From contig JANQLN010000127.1 of the NCBI GenBank assembly GCA_028280575.1, forward strand, positions 27,313-91,312: 64,000 bases of DNA, written 5' to 3'. The translations under genes and the position numbers were made by a program. Source of the stretch: Clostridia bacterium (GTDB taxonomy: Bacteria; Bacillota; Clostridia; Acetivibrionales; STF1-152). Positions 10,316-20,743 of the stretch are shown one piece after another; positions within the stretch are counted from its first letter, which is position 1; each line of letters begins with the position of its first letter. The notes beneath the pieces are model-generated. The model was given only the letters and a program-made list of their open reading frames with translations, ran no database searches and was not told the DNA's origin.

Positions 10316-10351
10316 ATGACATTAAAAGGCAGTTTTCCCTACAGTATCAGG

Positions 10352-11191
10352 TTATGATTTTAATCCGGATATTGCCGCTCCCTTTACTAAATATTTTTGC
10401 CCGAACAGGTATAGTAACAATGCCGGAACAATGGACATAAAAACGCCTGCAAAGATTACCGATATACTTCCGGTTCCCTGATAACCCTGCAGCATTCTGA
10501 GCCCTATTGGAATAGTCATTTTTTCCCAATCTGACAAATAAATCAACGGTCCCATAAAGTTATTCCAATTAAATAAAAAGTTTATTAAACTTGTCATAAT
10601 TATAACCGACTTGGACATGGGTAATATTATTTTAAGATAGATTAAAAATCTGTTTGCACCGTCCATATAAGCCGCTTCTTCATAGCTCTTTGGAATAGTC
10701 ATCATAAATTGCCTGACCAGAAATATTGAAAGGGGTGTTATCATCGCAGGTATGATAAGCGCCCACAATGTTCCAACCAGTTTGACTTTTGACATTATTA
10801 TAAATGTGGGAATAATAGTTGCCTGCATTGGAATCATAAGGCCTGCCAGGAATATTACAAACAAGGGTCCCCTTCCTTTAAACCGTATCCTGGCAAATGC
10901 AAATGCAGCCATTGTTGTAACAATAATATTAAATATACCGGCAACGATACCCACAAATAAGCTGTTAAATATAAAATTAAGGAATGGAAAGGTTTGAAAT
11001 ACGGTAGTATAATTTTCAAAATGAAAACTGGTGGGAAGGAAGTTGGGTGGAAACTTGAAAGAATCCTTTGGTAATCTGAGAGAAGTTGAAAATATCCATG
11101 TAAATGGAAGCAGCATCATAACAGCCAATAATATTAAAAGCGCATTATGCCACATTCCGGAAAAAATTTTTTTAGATTTATTCATAATCAT
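10352..11191 (-). CDS. Carbohydrate ABC transporter permease (CUT1, MalG-like)
   Basis: 279 aa, 6 TMs, EAA loop YEEAAYMDGANRF. It overlaps the upstream permease by 14 nt. Confidence 0.9.
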   Translation of the reverse strand: MIMNKSKKIFSGMWHNALLILLAVMMLLPFTWIFSTSLRLPKDSFKFPPNFLPTSFHFENYTTVFQTFPFLNFIFNSLFVGIVAGIFNIIVTTMAAFAFARIRFKGRGPLFVIFLAGLMIPMQATIIPTFIIMSKVKLVGTLWALIIPAMITPLSIFLVRQFMMTIPKSYEEAAYMDGANRFLIYLKIILPMSKSVIIMTSLINFLFNWNNFMGPLIYLSDWEKMTIPIGLRMLQGYQGTGSISVIFAGVFMSIVPALLLYLFGQKYLVKGAAISGLKS

Positions 11192-12089
11192 ATACCACCC
11201 ATTTATTTTGCATTAAATATTGAATTACGGTAACCATCATAATTAGTATAAACAATCCCAGTGCTACGGTTGCGCCGTACCCAATGTTATTTTGCTGGAA
11301 CGCAACTCTGTAAATCTTTAAAGCTACCGTCGTAGTACTGACTCCCGGACCGCCGTTTGTAATAAAGTATGGTTCGTTAAATATCTGGAACACCCCAATA
11401 GTAGTTATAATTACAACAAAAAATATTACTGGTGTTACAAGAGGAACGGTTATTCTTGTAAATATTTGAACCGGGCCGGCACCGTCAATACGTGCAGATT
11501 CATAATAGCTTTCAGGAATATTATTTAATCCTATAAAATAATATAAGAAGGTTGTTCCTATAAATTTCCAGAAGCTGAATATTGCAATAGTTACATATAC
11601 CATATTGGAATCGGTGAGCCAGGGTACATTATTAAGCCCCAATTGCCGTAAATAATAATTTATAAAACCCGAATCTGTCGAAAACATATACGTAAATGCA
11701 ATAGCAACAGATGCTGTTGTTACAATTGACGGGAAATAAATTACACCTCTAAATATATTTCTGAGTGCGGTATGCTTTACTCTTTGCACCATGTAGGCAA
11801 GAATCAGGCCTAAAATACAGTGCATAGGGGTAAGTATAAGCAAAAATTTAGAAGTATTGCCAAAAACTATAGCCATATCCTCATCAGCAAAAAAATCCTT
11901 AAAATTATCTAACCCGACAAACTCGGCAGGCAAAATCAAATTATAATTAAACAAAGGAAGAACCAATGTCATTATTATGGGTATTGCAATAAATATTACA
12001 AACGCTATCAATGCAGGGGACAAAAATAAGTATCCCGATATATTATCCCACCGTTGTTTTTTCTTAAAAACGGATATCTTTTTTGTCAT
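11178..12089 (-). CDS. Carbohydrate ABC transporter permease (CUT1, MalF-like)
   Basis: 303 aa with EAA loop YESARIDGAGPVQIF. Confidence 0.9.
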   Translation of the reverse strand: MTKKISVFKKKQRWDNISGYLFLSPALIAFVIFIAIPIIMTLVLPLFNYNLILPAEFVGLDNFKDFFADEDMAIVFGNTSKFLLILTPMHCILGLILAYMVQRVKHTALRNIFRGVIYFPSIVTTASVAIAFTYMFSTDSGFINYYLRQLGLNNVPWLTDSNMVYVTIAIFSFWKFIGTTFLYYFIGLNNIPESYYESARIDGAGPVQIFTRITVPLVTPVIFFVVIITTIGVFQIFNEPYFITNGGPGVSTTTVALKIYRVAFQQNNIGYGATVALGLFILIMMVTVIQYLMQNKWVVYDYE

Positions 12090-12132
12090 CTAAATACTCC
12101 ATTCCAAACTTATGCTATATTTATGGGTTACC

Positions 12133-12296
12133 TAGTGGTCTGTAACACATAAAATTTATAGTTATCTTGTCGCATATTTTTCCGCAATACCGCGTTGTCC
12201 TCGGATTAAATATCCAGATATTCGCACCTCCTCCGCCTTGTATTGCAAAAAAATCTACGACAATCTACCCATAACTTCATGTGTTACAGACCACTA
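12133..12296. repeat. 164-bp imperfect palindromic element between the binding-protein and permease genes
   Basis: The 18-bp termini tagtggtctgtaacacat (12133-12150) and atgtgttacagaccacta (12279-12296) are perfectly complementary. The inner arms are about two-thirds complementary by eye. Confidence 0.7.
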
Positions 12297-12334
12297 AAGG
12301 CCACCCAATTTTATTTATTTTAAAAATTCCTTTT

Positions 12335-13642
12335 TTAATACTTTGCCAATACGGCATCCATTTTTTCCGCCGCATTATCCAGGGTTTTTTTGACATCTTC
12401 TTTTCCAACCACTATTTTTGAAAAGGCTTCCATTGTTATTGAAGCAGTTTTGGCAAATCCTACAGGTGAGCTCACGGCAACTGCCGTATCGGCGCCTTTA
12501 TAAAAAATTTCGTTATTTGCAGGATACCCGGGTATAGGAACCAGCTCTTCAGCCAGGGACGTTCTTGCAGGTATATTCCCGATTGTAAAGTACTCCCTGA
12601 CAAACTTGTCGGATGCCATCCAAAGGGCCATTTCACAAGCTTCATCATAGTGTTTCGTTTTAGAGGTTACAAATATGCCGTCAACACCAAATTGAACCCT
12701 GTTTTCTTTAAATGACGGAATATACTGGAGTGCCACGTCTTTGAATTCATTGTTTTCATATTCATCCATAGGCCATCTTCCCCAGCTGCCCATTGCCGTT
12801 TTTCCGTCAATTAATTGTTGGATAGGGTCAACATTTGGCTCAGGGATAGGCGCATATCCATATTTGTGCACCAAATCCTGAAATAGTTGGAATATCTCTA
12901 TTGATTCCTCAGAATTGATTGTACTCTTTGCAAAATCAGGTGTCATAAAGCCTGTTCCGTTGTTTCTAAGCCATGCTTCTATCATAAAATTCCCGTTAGG
13001 AATGGAAAGTGCATATTGCTTTACTCCGTCAACCTCTTTAGTAAGCTTTTTGCATATTTCTAAAAATTCCTCCTTTCCCCAGTCCGCCTGTGGAAGTTCA
13101 ACACCTGCCTCTTTCAGGAGCTTTGTATTAAAATGAATCACAACGTTGTTGTAGCTTGTGGGAAATCCATATAATTTTCCATCCATGGTAAAAGGAGCAG
13201 CAACGCCTTTAGGAACATCAGAAAAAAGCTCTTCCACTTGTTCCTTGTTTTTTTCAGCAAATTTATCTACAGGCTGGGCAAGCCCCATATGCCTGAACAT
13301 TTCAAAGCCCTCAATTGCAACATATGCATTATCCACAACTTCACCACCGGCAATCATAGTTTGGATTTTTGTAAAATACTCTTCCCAATTTCCGGGAATA
13401 TAAACAGCTTCAACTTTCATACCGGTTTCGTCTACAAAGGGTTTTAAGCTCCTGTCAAGCTTTTCTTTATTCATGTCTAAACCAAGCCATGTCAGCTTCA
13501 ATTGTATATCCTCTTTGACCTGTTCTTCCTTTTCAGTACCCGGAGTCTTCTTTTCCGTTTGATCATCATCAGAATCCCCCCTGCAGCCAAACAAACTTAC
13601 CGCCATAGCTGCCGCTATAGCTAACATTAATACTTTTTTCAT
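12335..13642 (-). CDS. Extracellular sugar-binding lipoprotein of the CUT1 ABC transporter
   Basis: 435 aa with signal peptide and lipobox (SLFGC). The Asp/Glu-rich linker and overall pattern fit solute-binding protein family 1. Confidence 0.9.
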   Translation of the reverse strand: MKKVLMLAIAAAMAVSLFGCRGDSDDDQTEKKTPGTEKEEQVKEDIQLKLTWLGLDMNKEKLDRSLKPFVDETGMKVEAVYIPGNWEEYFTKIQTMIAGGEVVDNAYVAIEGFEMFRHMGLAQPVDKFAEKNKEQVEELFSDVPKGVAAPFTMDGKLYGFPTSYNNVVIHFNTKLLKEAGVELPQADWGKEEFLEICKKLTKEVDGVKQYALSIPNGNFMIEAWLRNNGTGFMTPDFAKSTINSEESIEIFQLFQDLVHKYGYAPIPEPNVDPIQQLIDGKTAMGSWGRWPMDEYENNEFKDVALQYIPSFKENRVQFGVDGIFVTSKTKHYDEACEMALWMASDKFVREYFTIGNIPARTSLAEELVPIPGYPANNEIFYKGADTAVAVSSPVGFAKTASITMEAFSKIVVGKEDVKKTLDNAAEKMDAVLAKY

Positions 13643-13776
13643 TTTCTCCCCCTCGCTTTCATAATTATATAACAGATTTTGAATGTTGACATTGTAGCAT
13701 CATTTATATATAATGTACATGCAATTTTGTCTGTTCGGTTGTAATATTATTTGTATTTCCACAAGGAGCTATTCTT

Positions 13777-15510
13777 ATGAAATTTTTTTCTTTAAAAAAG
13801 AAAATTTATTTAATTTTAGTAATCGTTCTTATCGCACCGACAATATTACTTGCAGTTATTTTAGATTCCATTACAAAAAAAACTCTAATTGAACAGATCA
13901 GAGATGCGGACCTTAAAACAATTAATACAATTAAAAATTCTATTGAAAATATTACGGCAAAATTGGAACAATACGGTACACATATAGCAGAAGACCAAGA
14001 TTTGAATTCTTTTTTAAAAAATGCCATAGACAGGGCTGCCGACGATAAATCCCAATATTTAAATCTAAATCCGGGATACGTATTGGATAAATATATTAAT
14101 AAAAACACATATAAATATATCAGCCTGATAAGCAGTGACGGATATTTCATAGGTGAATACAGTCTTAATAAGGACAGGTTAAACTTAATACTAAATAAAC
14201 TTATATTTTCGCAGCTAAAAAACAATCAGCCTAACTGGCTGAAAATGTATACTATTGAAGACAGCTTATCAAAACAGGAATTAAAGGTTTTTCCCTGCCT
14301 GTTTCCGGTAAATGATTCAAAAACAAATGAAAACCTTGGATATGCGGTCTTGTACCTGGATGAAAGAGAACTATTCAAAACCTATAGCGCATATAACGGC
14401 AGAATATATATGCTCAATGAAGACAAAAAGATTATTTCGCACCAGGACCAGTCTATTTTACAAAAAGATTATTACCGGAACACCAATATAGGATATTCGT
14501 ATTTATTAAAAAATATCAGCACCGTTGTGAAAATCCAGGAGAGCAAAGTTGTATTAACCACACAGGAATTGGATATTCTTGGATGGCAAATGGTTATGAT
14601 TACGTCTTTTAATGAGTATTTGCCAAAAGGAACATTTACCAGCACCTATTTATATATCACAATGATAATATCTATTATGTTTGCCATAGTAATGGGATAT
14701 GTAATATCCTATTACATATCCAAACCTGTATTAAAATTAAAGGCTACCATGCAAAGCGTGGACAAAGGTGATTTGTCTGTCAGGCATAAATATAAATCAA
14801 ATGACGAGATAGGAGAACTGAGCTTAAAATTCAACCAGATGCTTGATACCATCCAAAATTTAATGGTAAAGGTTTTAAAGGAAGAAAGGTTAAAACAAAA
14901 TTATAAAATGCAGCTTATCCAGGCCCAGGTAAACCCCCATTTTTTATACAATGCACTGGAAATGATAAACAGTCTTGTCCGCCTGGATTTAAAGGATTAT
15001 GCACTTGAAGCTACATCTAATATTTCTGAATTTTACAGGATTTCTCTAAGTGACGGGATAAATATTATTAAAATAGAGCAAGAAATTGAATTGGCCAATA
15101 ACTTTTTGTCCATTTATAAAATGAGATATATGGAGTTTATCGATTTTGAAATTGATGTAGACCCTTCTACATTTAAATACTCCATTCCAAAATTAATACT
15201 GCAGCCAATTATAGAAAATTCCATATGCCATGGTTTAAGACAATGCGAACATAAAGGTTTTATATATATAAAAGGTTATTTAGAAGACAATTATGTGGTT
15301 TTTGAACTGGAGGACAATGGTAAAGGCATAACCGAAGAAAAGCTTGGGCAAATACTTGATAATTCAAATAACACGGATTCAAATTTCGGTATTACCTGTA
15401 TAAAAGACAGGTTAAAATTGTATTTTGGTGAAGATATATCTTTTAATATGGAAAGCCAAGTTAACAAATTTACCAGGACATTCTTAAAATTTCCATGTAA
15501 ATTACAATAA
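13777..15510 (+). CDS. Sensor histidine kinase, YesM/LytS type (TM-sensor-TM-HAMP-His_kinase-HATPase)
   Basis: 577 aa with two TM segments, HAMP (SKPVLKLKATMQSVDKGDLS), phospho-acceptor box QVNPHFLYNAL, and N/G boxes in the C-terminus. Confidence 0.9.
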   Translation: MKFFSLKKKIYLILVIVLIAPTILLAVILDSITKKTLIEQIRDADLKTINTIKNSIENITAKLEQYGTHIAEDQDLNSFLKNAIDRAADDKSQYLNLNPGYVLDKYINKNTYKYISLISSDGYFIGEYSLNKDRLNLILNKLIFSQLKNNQPNWLKMYTIEDSLSKQELKVFPCLFPVNDSKTNENLGYAVLYLDERELFKTYSAYNGRIYMLNEDKKIISHQDQSILQKDYYRNTNIGYSYLLKNISTVVKIQESKVVLTTQELDILGWQMVMITSFNEYLPKGTFTSTYLYITMIISIMFAIVMGYVISYYISKPVLKLKATMQSVDKGDLSVRHKYKSNDEIGELSLKFNQMLDTIQNLMVKVLKEERLKQNYKMQLIQAQVNPHFLYNALEMINSLVRLDLKDYALEATSNISEFYRISLSDGINIIKIEQEIELANNFLSIYKMRYMEFIDFEIDVDPSTFKYSIPKLILQPIIENSICHGLRQCEHKGFIYIKGYLEDNYVVFELEDNGKGITEEKLGQILDNSNNTDSNFGITCIKDRLKLYFGEDISFNMESQVNKFTRTFLKFPCKLQ

Positions 15511-15524
15511 GAGGGAGTATATTT

Positions 15525-17045
15525 ATGCTAAAATTACTGTTAATCGACGATGAATATTATTTCAGGCAATCCTTAAAAAAGCTCATAAATTACAGTGAGC
15601 ATGATTTTCAATTTGCCGGTGAAGCAAACAATGGCAAAACAGGATTTCAAATGATTTTGGAAAAAAAGCCCGATGTGGTTCTTGTGGATATAAATATGCC
15701 GATTATGAGCGGGCTTGAATTAATAGAAAAATGCCATAAAAACAGCATTGATTGTGAGTTTATAGTCCTAACCGGCTATGCAGAATTTGAATATGCTCAA
15801 AAAGCCATTAAATTTAATGTCTCCAATTATATATTAAAGCCTATTAATAAAAATGAACTGATTAACAGCCTTGAAAAAATCAAAAATAAAATATATATAA
15901 AAAAGAATGAAATTATGAAGCTGAACAATGCCCTTTCCCAGAACAAATTTTTGAAAAAAGAACTGATTTTAAACAGAATTATTAAAGGCAATTATTTTAA
16001 TAGTGCAAAAAGTGCTGATTCTTATAAGCTGTCGGAGTATATATCCACATGCCACGATAATTATACTGCAGCTTTAATTAGCTGTACGGCCCAGGTTGAG
16101 TGTGAAAAACTGGAACAATTAGGCATGGACGGCATTTTATTAACTGCATTTTATACCGATGATAAACATATATGCATTATATTTAATTACCCTGACAATG
16201 CAGATGTTTCCAATATAATAAATACTATATACAGATATTTGCTTACAGCTTACAATGTAAAAATAACTATTTCCGTGGGATGTGAGTACAAATCAATTTC
16301 AAAAATAGTCCTTTCCTATAATGAAGCTTTAATGGCCATTAGAAGTGATTGTGATGAAAAGGATAATATTGCTTTTTACAATATGTTAAATGAAAAATAT
16401 ACAAACGACCTGTTTCCTGAAGCAATTAAAAACAAAATTATATCTTCCATAGCGGAATGCGATAAAAATTCAACAAAAAATTATTTGAAAGAAATTTTTA
16501 ATAAATGCCGCGAAAAAAACATATGCTACAATACCTTTGCCCTGGTGGCCATTAATTTGATTAATATAATATTTGACATAACGTTTAAGTATTCTATGGA
16601 AAAATTTATGAATATTCATAATGAAATTATTAATTTGATTATTGCAAAAAAAGATATCTTCATAATTGAAAATAAGATAATTAATGTCTGCTTGATAATA
16701 ATAGACCATATCCCCAAAATTCATTACTCGTCTATTGTAAAACAGGCAATAAATTATATAAGCAATGAATATAAAAATCCAAATCTTAACATAAAATTAT
16801 TATCCGATGAATTGCATGTCAATTACGGATACCTGTGTTCATGCTTTAAAAATGCTATGAATATAACGCTAAATAATTATATAACCAACACAAGGCTTGA
16901 AAAGGCCACACAGTATTTTAACAATGGAATGATAAATATATCCATGGTTGCTTATAATGTCGGATATCAGGATGTTTCATATTTCAGCAGAAGCTTTAAA
17001 AAGAAATATGGAGTTTCTCCAATAAACTATATCAAGCAAATATAG
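15525..17045 (+). CDS. Response regulator with AraC-type HTH output (YesN type)
   Basis: 506 aa with a receiver domain (LLIDDE…VLVDINMP…KP) and a C-terminal AraC HTH (GYQDVSYFSRSFKKKYGVSP). Confidence 0.9.
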   Translation: MLKLLLIDDEYYFRQSLKKLINYSEHDFQFAGEANNGKTGFQMILEKKPDVVLVDINMPIMSGLELIEKCHKNSIDCEFIVLTGYAEFEYAQKAIKFNVSNYILKPINKNELINSLEKIKNKIYIKKNEIMKLNNALSQNKFLKKELILNRIIKGNYFNSAKSADSYKLSEYISTCHDNYTAALISCTAQVECEKLEQLGMDGILLTAFYTDDKHICIIFNYPDNADVSNIINTIYRYLLTAYNVKITISVGCEYKSISKIVLSYNEALMAIRSDCDEKDNIAFYNMLNEKYTNDLFPEAIKNKIISSIAECDKNSTKNYLKEIFNKCREKNICYNTFALVAINLINIIFDITFKYSMEKFMNIHNEIINLIIAKKDIFIIENKIINVCLIIIDHIPKIHYSSIVKQAINYISNEYKNPNLNIKLLSDELHVNYGYLCSCFKNAMNITLNNYITNTRLEKATQYFNNGMINISMVAYNVGYQDVSYFSRSFKKKYGVSPINYIKQI

Positions 17046-17104
17046 CCCCTTGCAGACAGGGAAAAATATCAACTTAAGCTCTCATAACACCTATTTTATG
17101 CAAT

Positions 17105-20100
17105 TTATTCAAAAAGGCTTGCTTGCTTGTATTGGGCCAGCTGCTTTTGCATAAAGGCATCCTCTTTTATAAGTTGGGCTTGGGGTATGTGGGAAATAAA
17201 AAGAGACGGGGCATGTGACGTGACAAGCAAGAGCTCATCACGCGCCCTTGTTATCCCCACATAGAAAAGCCGCCGCTCTTCTTCCATATCAAAATTGGAT
17301 TTGCCGGTCCTTAAAGGAATCATTCCATCGTTTACGCCGCAAATTAATACTACGGGAAATTCAAGGCCTTTTGACCCGTGCAAGGTCATTAACGAAATCG
17401 CATCGGGAGAATAAGCCTTGCTGCCGCTGCGTACAACATCACTTTCCCTGCCCAGCAGGAGGTTTTGGATAAAGGAAGACATTTGATTATGCATAACAGC
17501 CGTATTTAAAAGCAGTTCCATGGATCTTGTGCCTGAAAGATTGTTGTCTTTAATCCATGAGTCTATAATCCTCCACGGCTTTTCTTTACCAATGACGGCC
17601 CCATACTTATTAAGCATTTCTATGAGGTTAAAGGATTTGTCCGGTTTATGCAAAGGCAGCCCGGTCATTTCCATTATTTTTGCGAGGGATGACACGCTTT
17701 TTTTGCCTGCGGCATAGCTTTTTATGACTTTTTGCTTTATATCTGCCGAATACATGCTTTTTGCTTTAAGGCAGGACAGCAGGGCAGCCATATCACCAGG
17801 GTTGAGTAAAAACCTGAAAAACGCAACAGCCTCACGGACCGGCTTATGGGAAAGAAACTCATCACGTCCGGCAACAACATACTGGATGCCCTCTTTTAAA
17901 AAGCACTGCTCCAGAATTTCCGCCTGGCGATTTGTGCGGTATAATACGGCTATATCGGAAAAGCCTCTTGGGTGTCTTTGCGCAGGCCTTCTTCTATTGG
18001 GTGCAGAGAGGGTATGGGTATCAAGCATATCAATACCGCCGACCATACGGTTTATTTCCTTTACAATAAAAAGCGCTTCTGAAAATCCGTCTTTGGTTTC
18101 TATCAGACGTACCCGGGGCCCGCTTTTCCTTTTTGCATCAAGATAAAATGTATTGCCCCCTGGGGCTTTTTTTGAAATCACCTCTTTTGCGCAAAGGATT
18201 ATCTCAGGTGTTGAGCGGTAGTTACGGGTCAGCCGTATGTTCCTGATACCGGGAAAGTTCTTTTTAAAGCTCTCGAAATAGCGAAAATCAGAACCCCTGA
18301 AACCATAGATCGACTGGTCCGGGTCACCTATAATAAAAATGCTCTTGCTTTTTTTGCCCCACTCTTTGAGCAAACGGTATTGAATCTCGTTAATATCCTG
18401 AAATTCATCCACCAGCAGGTATGAGAAAGAATTTTCCAGGGACCTGTCCGATACATCTGCCGTGCTTCTACACTCGAACCTACCCAGTACCTCAAGGAGG
18501 ATATCGTCAAAGTCCATTACACCGTAATCTTTAAGCCGTGAGCAATATAAATCATATATGCCTGCCGGAATACCGGATTTTTTCTTATCTTGCGCCAATG
18601 CACCGTTTTTAACAAGTGATATCTTTCTCATTACATCCCGCGGAGAAATTTTCAATTTCATATCCTTTATTATTTCCTCAACTATTGAAAGGGCATTATA
18701 TTCGTCAATAATAGCTACATTGTCACTGCCCGTCCATTTGGACAAAATTTGCAGGCATATGGAATGGAATGTCCCTATTGTCATTGCACCTGCAGTCCTC
18801 TTGTTCCCAAAATGCTTCTTTAAGCGCGTTCGCATCTCATTTGCAGCTTTATTGGTAAAGGTAACAGCAGTTATCAGGGAGGGGTGTATACCGCATTTTT
18901 CCACAAGGTATGCAATCCGGGATACCAGTGTTTTCGTCTTTCCGGTTCCAGGCCCCGCAATTACAGTAATATAGGGGCGGGAGGATGAAACAGCTTCCCA
19001 CTGCTCTTGATTCAATCCGTAGGGAATATCTTTGTAAATAGTTTTAATATTATCCCCGCCCACCCCTGGAGGATATGCATCTGCCGCAGGGGCAGCCGGA
19101 ATGGCTTCATTGGCAGGACACTTTTTATCCCCGGCAGCTGTGTATGCGGGCAGGCATTTAGTTTTGCTAATTTTTTCCTTAAAAAGGCTTATCTGTCCGG
19201 AAAACAAGCTTATTTCACTTTTGTCCATTATTTTAACCGTGCCATACTCTCCGTCAAATCCTGGCCTTATTTCCACCTCACCGCATCTCATCCTCCGGAT
19301 ACCTTCGGCTATGCACGGGTCTGCCGCCAATTCAATATCCTTAAGCGCTGCTTCACGGAGTATGAACAGCTCCGGTCCGAGCCTCCTTACCAAGTCGTCG
19401 CATTTTTCCTTTACCTTCATGCTGGCTGTAGTATAACCCATTAAGGCAGCTATCACCTCATTAAAGGGAACAATGCTTTCAAAATGCTTGGCCCCGGCAG
19501 GAACAAACCCCTCTTCCCTGTCTGCAAGGGCTTCAACCCGGTGAAGCACCCCTGCCGTAATCCTGCCGCCACACACAGGACATATGCCTCCCACAGCTTT
19601 TGTTTGGGAAGGCTTCCAGCAAACTTTGCACGCTCTATGGCCGTCATAGTGGTACTTGCCTTTCTCGGGAAAAAATTCTATGGTACCATGAAATTCCTTT
19701 GCAGCAGGATTTTTCAAAGCATTCAATATGCACGGATAAGAAAGGTCCGTATTAAAGATATTTGCTTCTCTTCCCAGATTTGCCGGGGAATGCGCATCCG
19801 AGTTGGAAACCAGTGTGAAGCCGTCCAGCGCGGAAAGGCGCCAGTTCATTGGCGGATCTGAGGAAAGGCCCGTTTCAAGTGCATATATGCAGCATGTGAG
19901 ATCCTCAAAGCAATCTTTTATGTCGTCAAAGCCGGAATATGCACCATACAGGGAGAAATGAGGAGTCCATATGTGAGCAGGTATAAATATAGCTTCAGGG
20001 CACACATCAAGTACAATTTCAAGCAAATCCTTACTGTCAAGGCCCAATATGGGCCTGCCGTCTGAATGCAAATTGCCTATGGCCTCAAGCCGGTTTGATA

Positions 20101-20452
20101 TTGATTCGGCGTGCTCAAGGCCGGGTAAAAGTACCAGGCTGTGAACCTTTCTTACCCGTCCGTTTTTCTTGTATATTGAACTAATCTCACCTGAAATAAT
20201 GAAATGGGTCCTAAAATCTGACCCTGTAAGCCCATCTTTTTTGCGAAAATCATCCTTAAGAGTGTAAAGACCCTCACCTGAGAGAACAAGCTTTTCCTTT
20301 AATTCCTCACGCCAAACCCTATGAGTGAAATCACCCGTACCAATAACATCAATCCCCTTACGCCCAGCCCAGAATTCAAGCACTTCAGGCACACAATCCC
20401 TGCTTGTAGCCCTTGAGTATTTTGAATGTATATGAAAATCAGCTATAAACAT
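17105..20452 (-). CDS. Fusion protein: endonuclease Q-like PHP domain with zinc finger (N-terminal) + UvrD/PcrA-type superfamily 1 helicase (C-terminal)
   Basis: 1115 aa. The N-terminal part has DFHIHSKYSRATS, GTGDFTH, PAHIWTPHFS, SNSDAHSP..LGRE, GKYHYDGHRAC, CPVCGG and GFDGEYGTVKI, which mirror archaeal EndoQ motifs. The C-terminal part has helicase motifs AGPGTGKT, TFTNKAANEM, VDEFQD, GDPDQSIYGFRG, NYRS, TLHGSKGLEFPVV and VGITRAR. Confidence 0.85.
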   Translation of the reverse strand: MFIADFHIHSKYSRATSRDCVPEVLEFWAGRKGIDVIGTGDFTHRVWREELKEKLVLSGEGLYTLKDDFRKKDGLTGSDFRTHFIISGEISSIYKKNGRVRKVHSLVLLPGLEHAESISNRLEAIGNLHSDGRPILGLDSKDLLEIVLDVCPEAIFIPAHIWTPHFSLYGAYSGFDDIKDCFEDLTCCIYALETGLSSDPPMNWRLSALDGFTLVSNSDAHSPANLGREANIFNTDLSYPCILNALKNPAAKEFHGTIEFFPEKGKYHYDGHRACKVCWKPSQTKAVGGICPVCGGRITAGVLHRVEALADREEGFVPAGAKHFESIVPFNEVIAALMGYTTASMKVKEKCDDLVRRLGPELFILREAALKDIELAADPCIAEGIRRMRCGEVEIRPGFDGEYGTVKIMDKSEISLFSGQISLFKEKISKTKCLPAYTAAGDKKCPANEAIPAAPAADAYPPGVGGDNIKTIYKDIPYGLNQEQWEAVSSSRPYITVIAGPGTGKTKTLVSRIAYLVEKCGIHPSLITAVTFTNKAANEMRTRLKKHFGNKRTAGAMTIGTFHSICLQILSKWTGSDNVAIIDEYNALSIVEEIIKDMKLKISPRDVMRKISLVKNGALAQDKKKSGIPAGIYDLYCSRLKDYGVMDFDDILLEVLGRFECRSTADVSDRSLENSFSYLLVDEFQDINEIQYRLLKEWGKKSKSIFIIGDPDQSIYGFRGSDFRYFESFKKNFPGIRNIRLTRNYRSTPEIILCAKEVISKKAPGGNTFYLDAKRKSGPRVRLIETKDGFSEALFIVKEINRMVGGIDMLDTHTLSAPNRRRPAQRHPRGFSDIAVLYRTNRQAEILEQCFLKEGIQYVVAGRDEFLSHKPVREAVAFFRFLLNPGDMAALLSCLKAKSMYSADIKQKVIKSYAAGKKSVSSLAKIMEMTGLPLHKPDKSFNLIEMLNKYGAVIGKEKPWRIIDSWIKDNNLSGTRSMELLLNTAVMHNQMSSFIQNLLLGRESDVVRSGSKAYSPDAISLMTLHGSKGLEFPVVLICGVNDGMIPLRTGKSNFDMEEERRLFYVGITRARDELLLVTSHAPSLFISHIPQAQLIKEDAFMQKQLAQYKQASLFE

Positions 20453-20743
20453 AAAAACCCCTCATGCTATATGCAGCGCCATAATTCTACGCAATATGAC
20501 ATTACATATAGTATTCTGTTATATTTTGTTATATTTTATTTTATTTTAATAATCATTACAAGTCACTTTTTTTATTTGAGTATACTCCTTACTTGAAAAT
20601 TCTTGTTCCAGGTATTGATATTTTGAGCAGGCAAATTTATAATATAGTAAAAGCAGCAATAAAGAATAATAACAAATTCAAGTTGTTTACCTCTTCCGGT
20701 TAACTTCTTTTTGCATTTGTATCAGCGTGAAAGGAGCAATAAA

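Noticed and set aside
17248-19861. Several 65-145-aa plus-strand ORFs
   Set aside because: All are shadows inside the 1115-aa EndoQ-UvrD gene. The higher GC there reduces random stops on the opposite strand.
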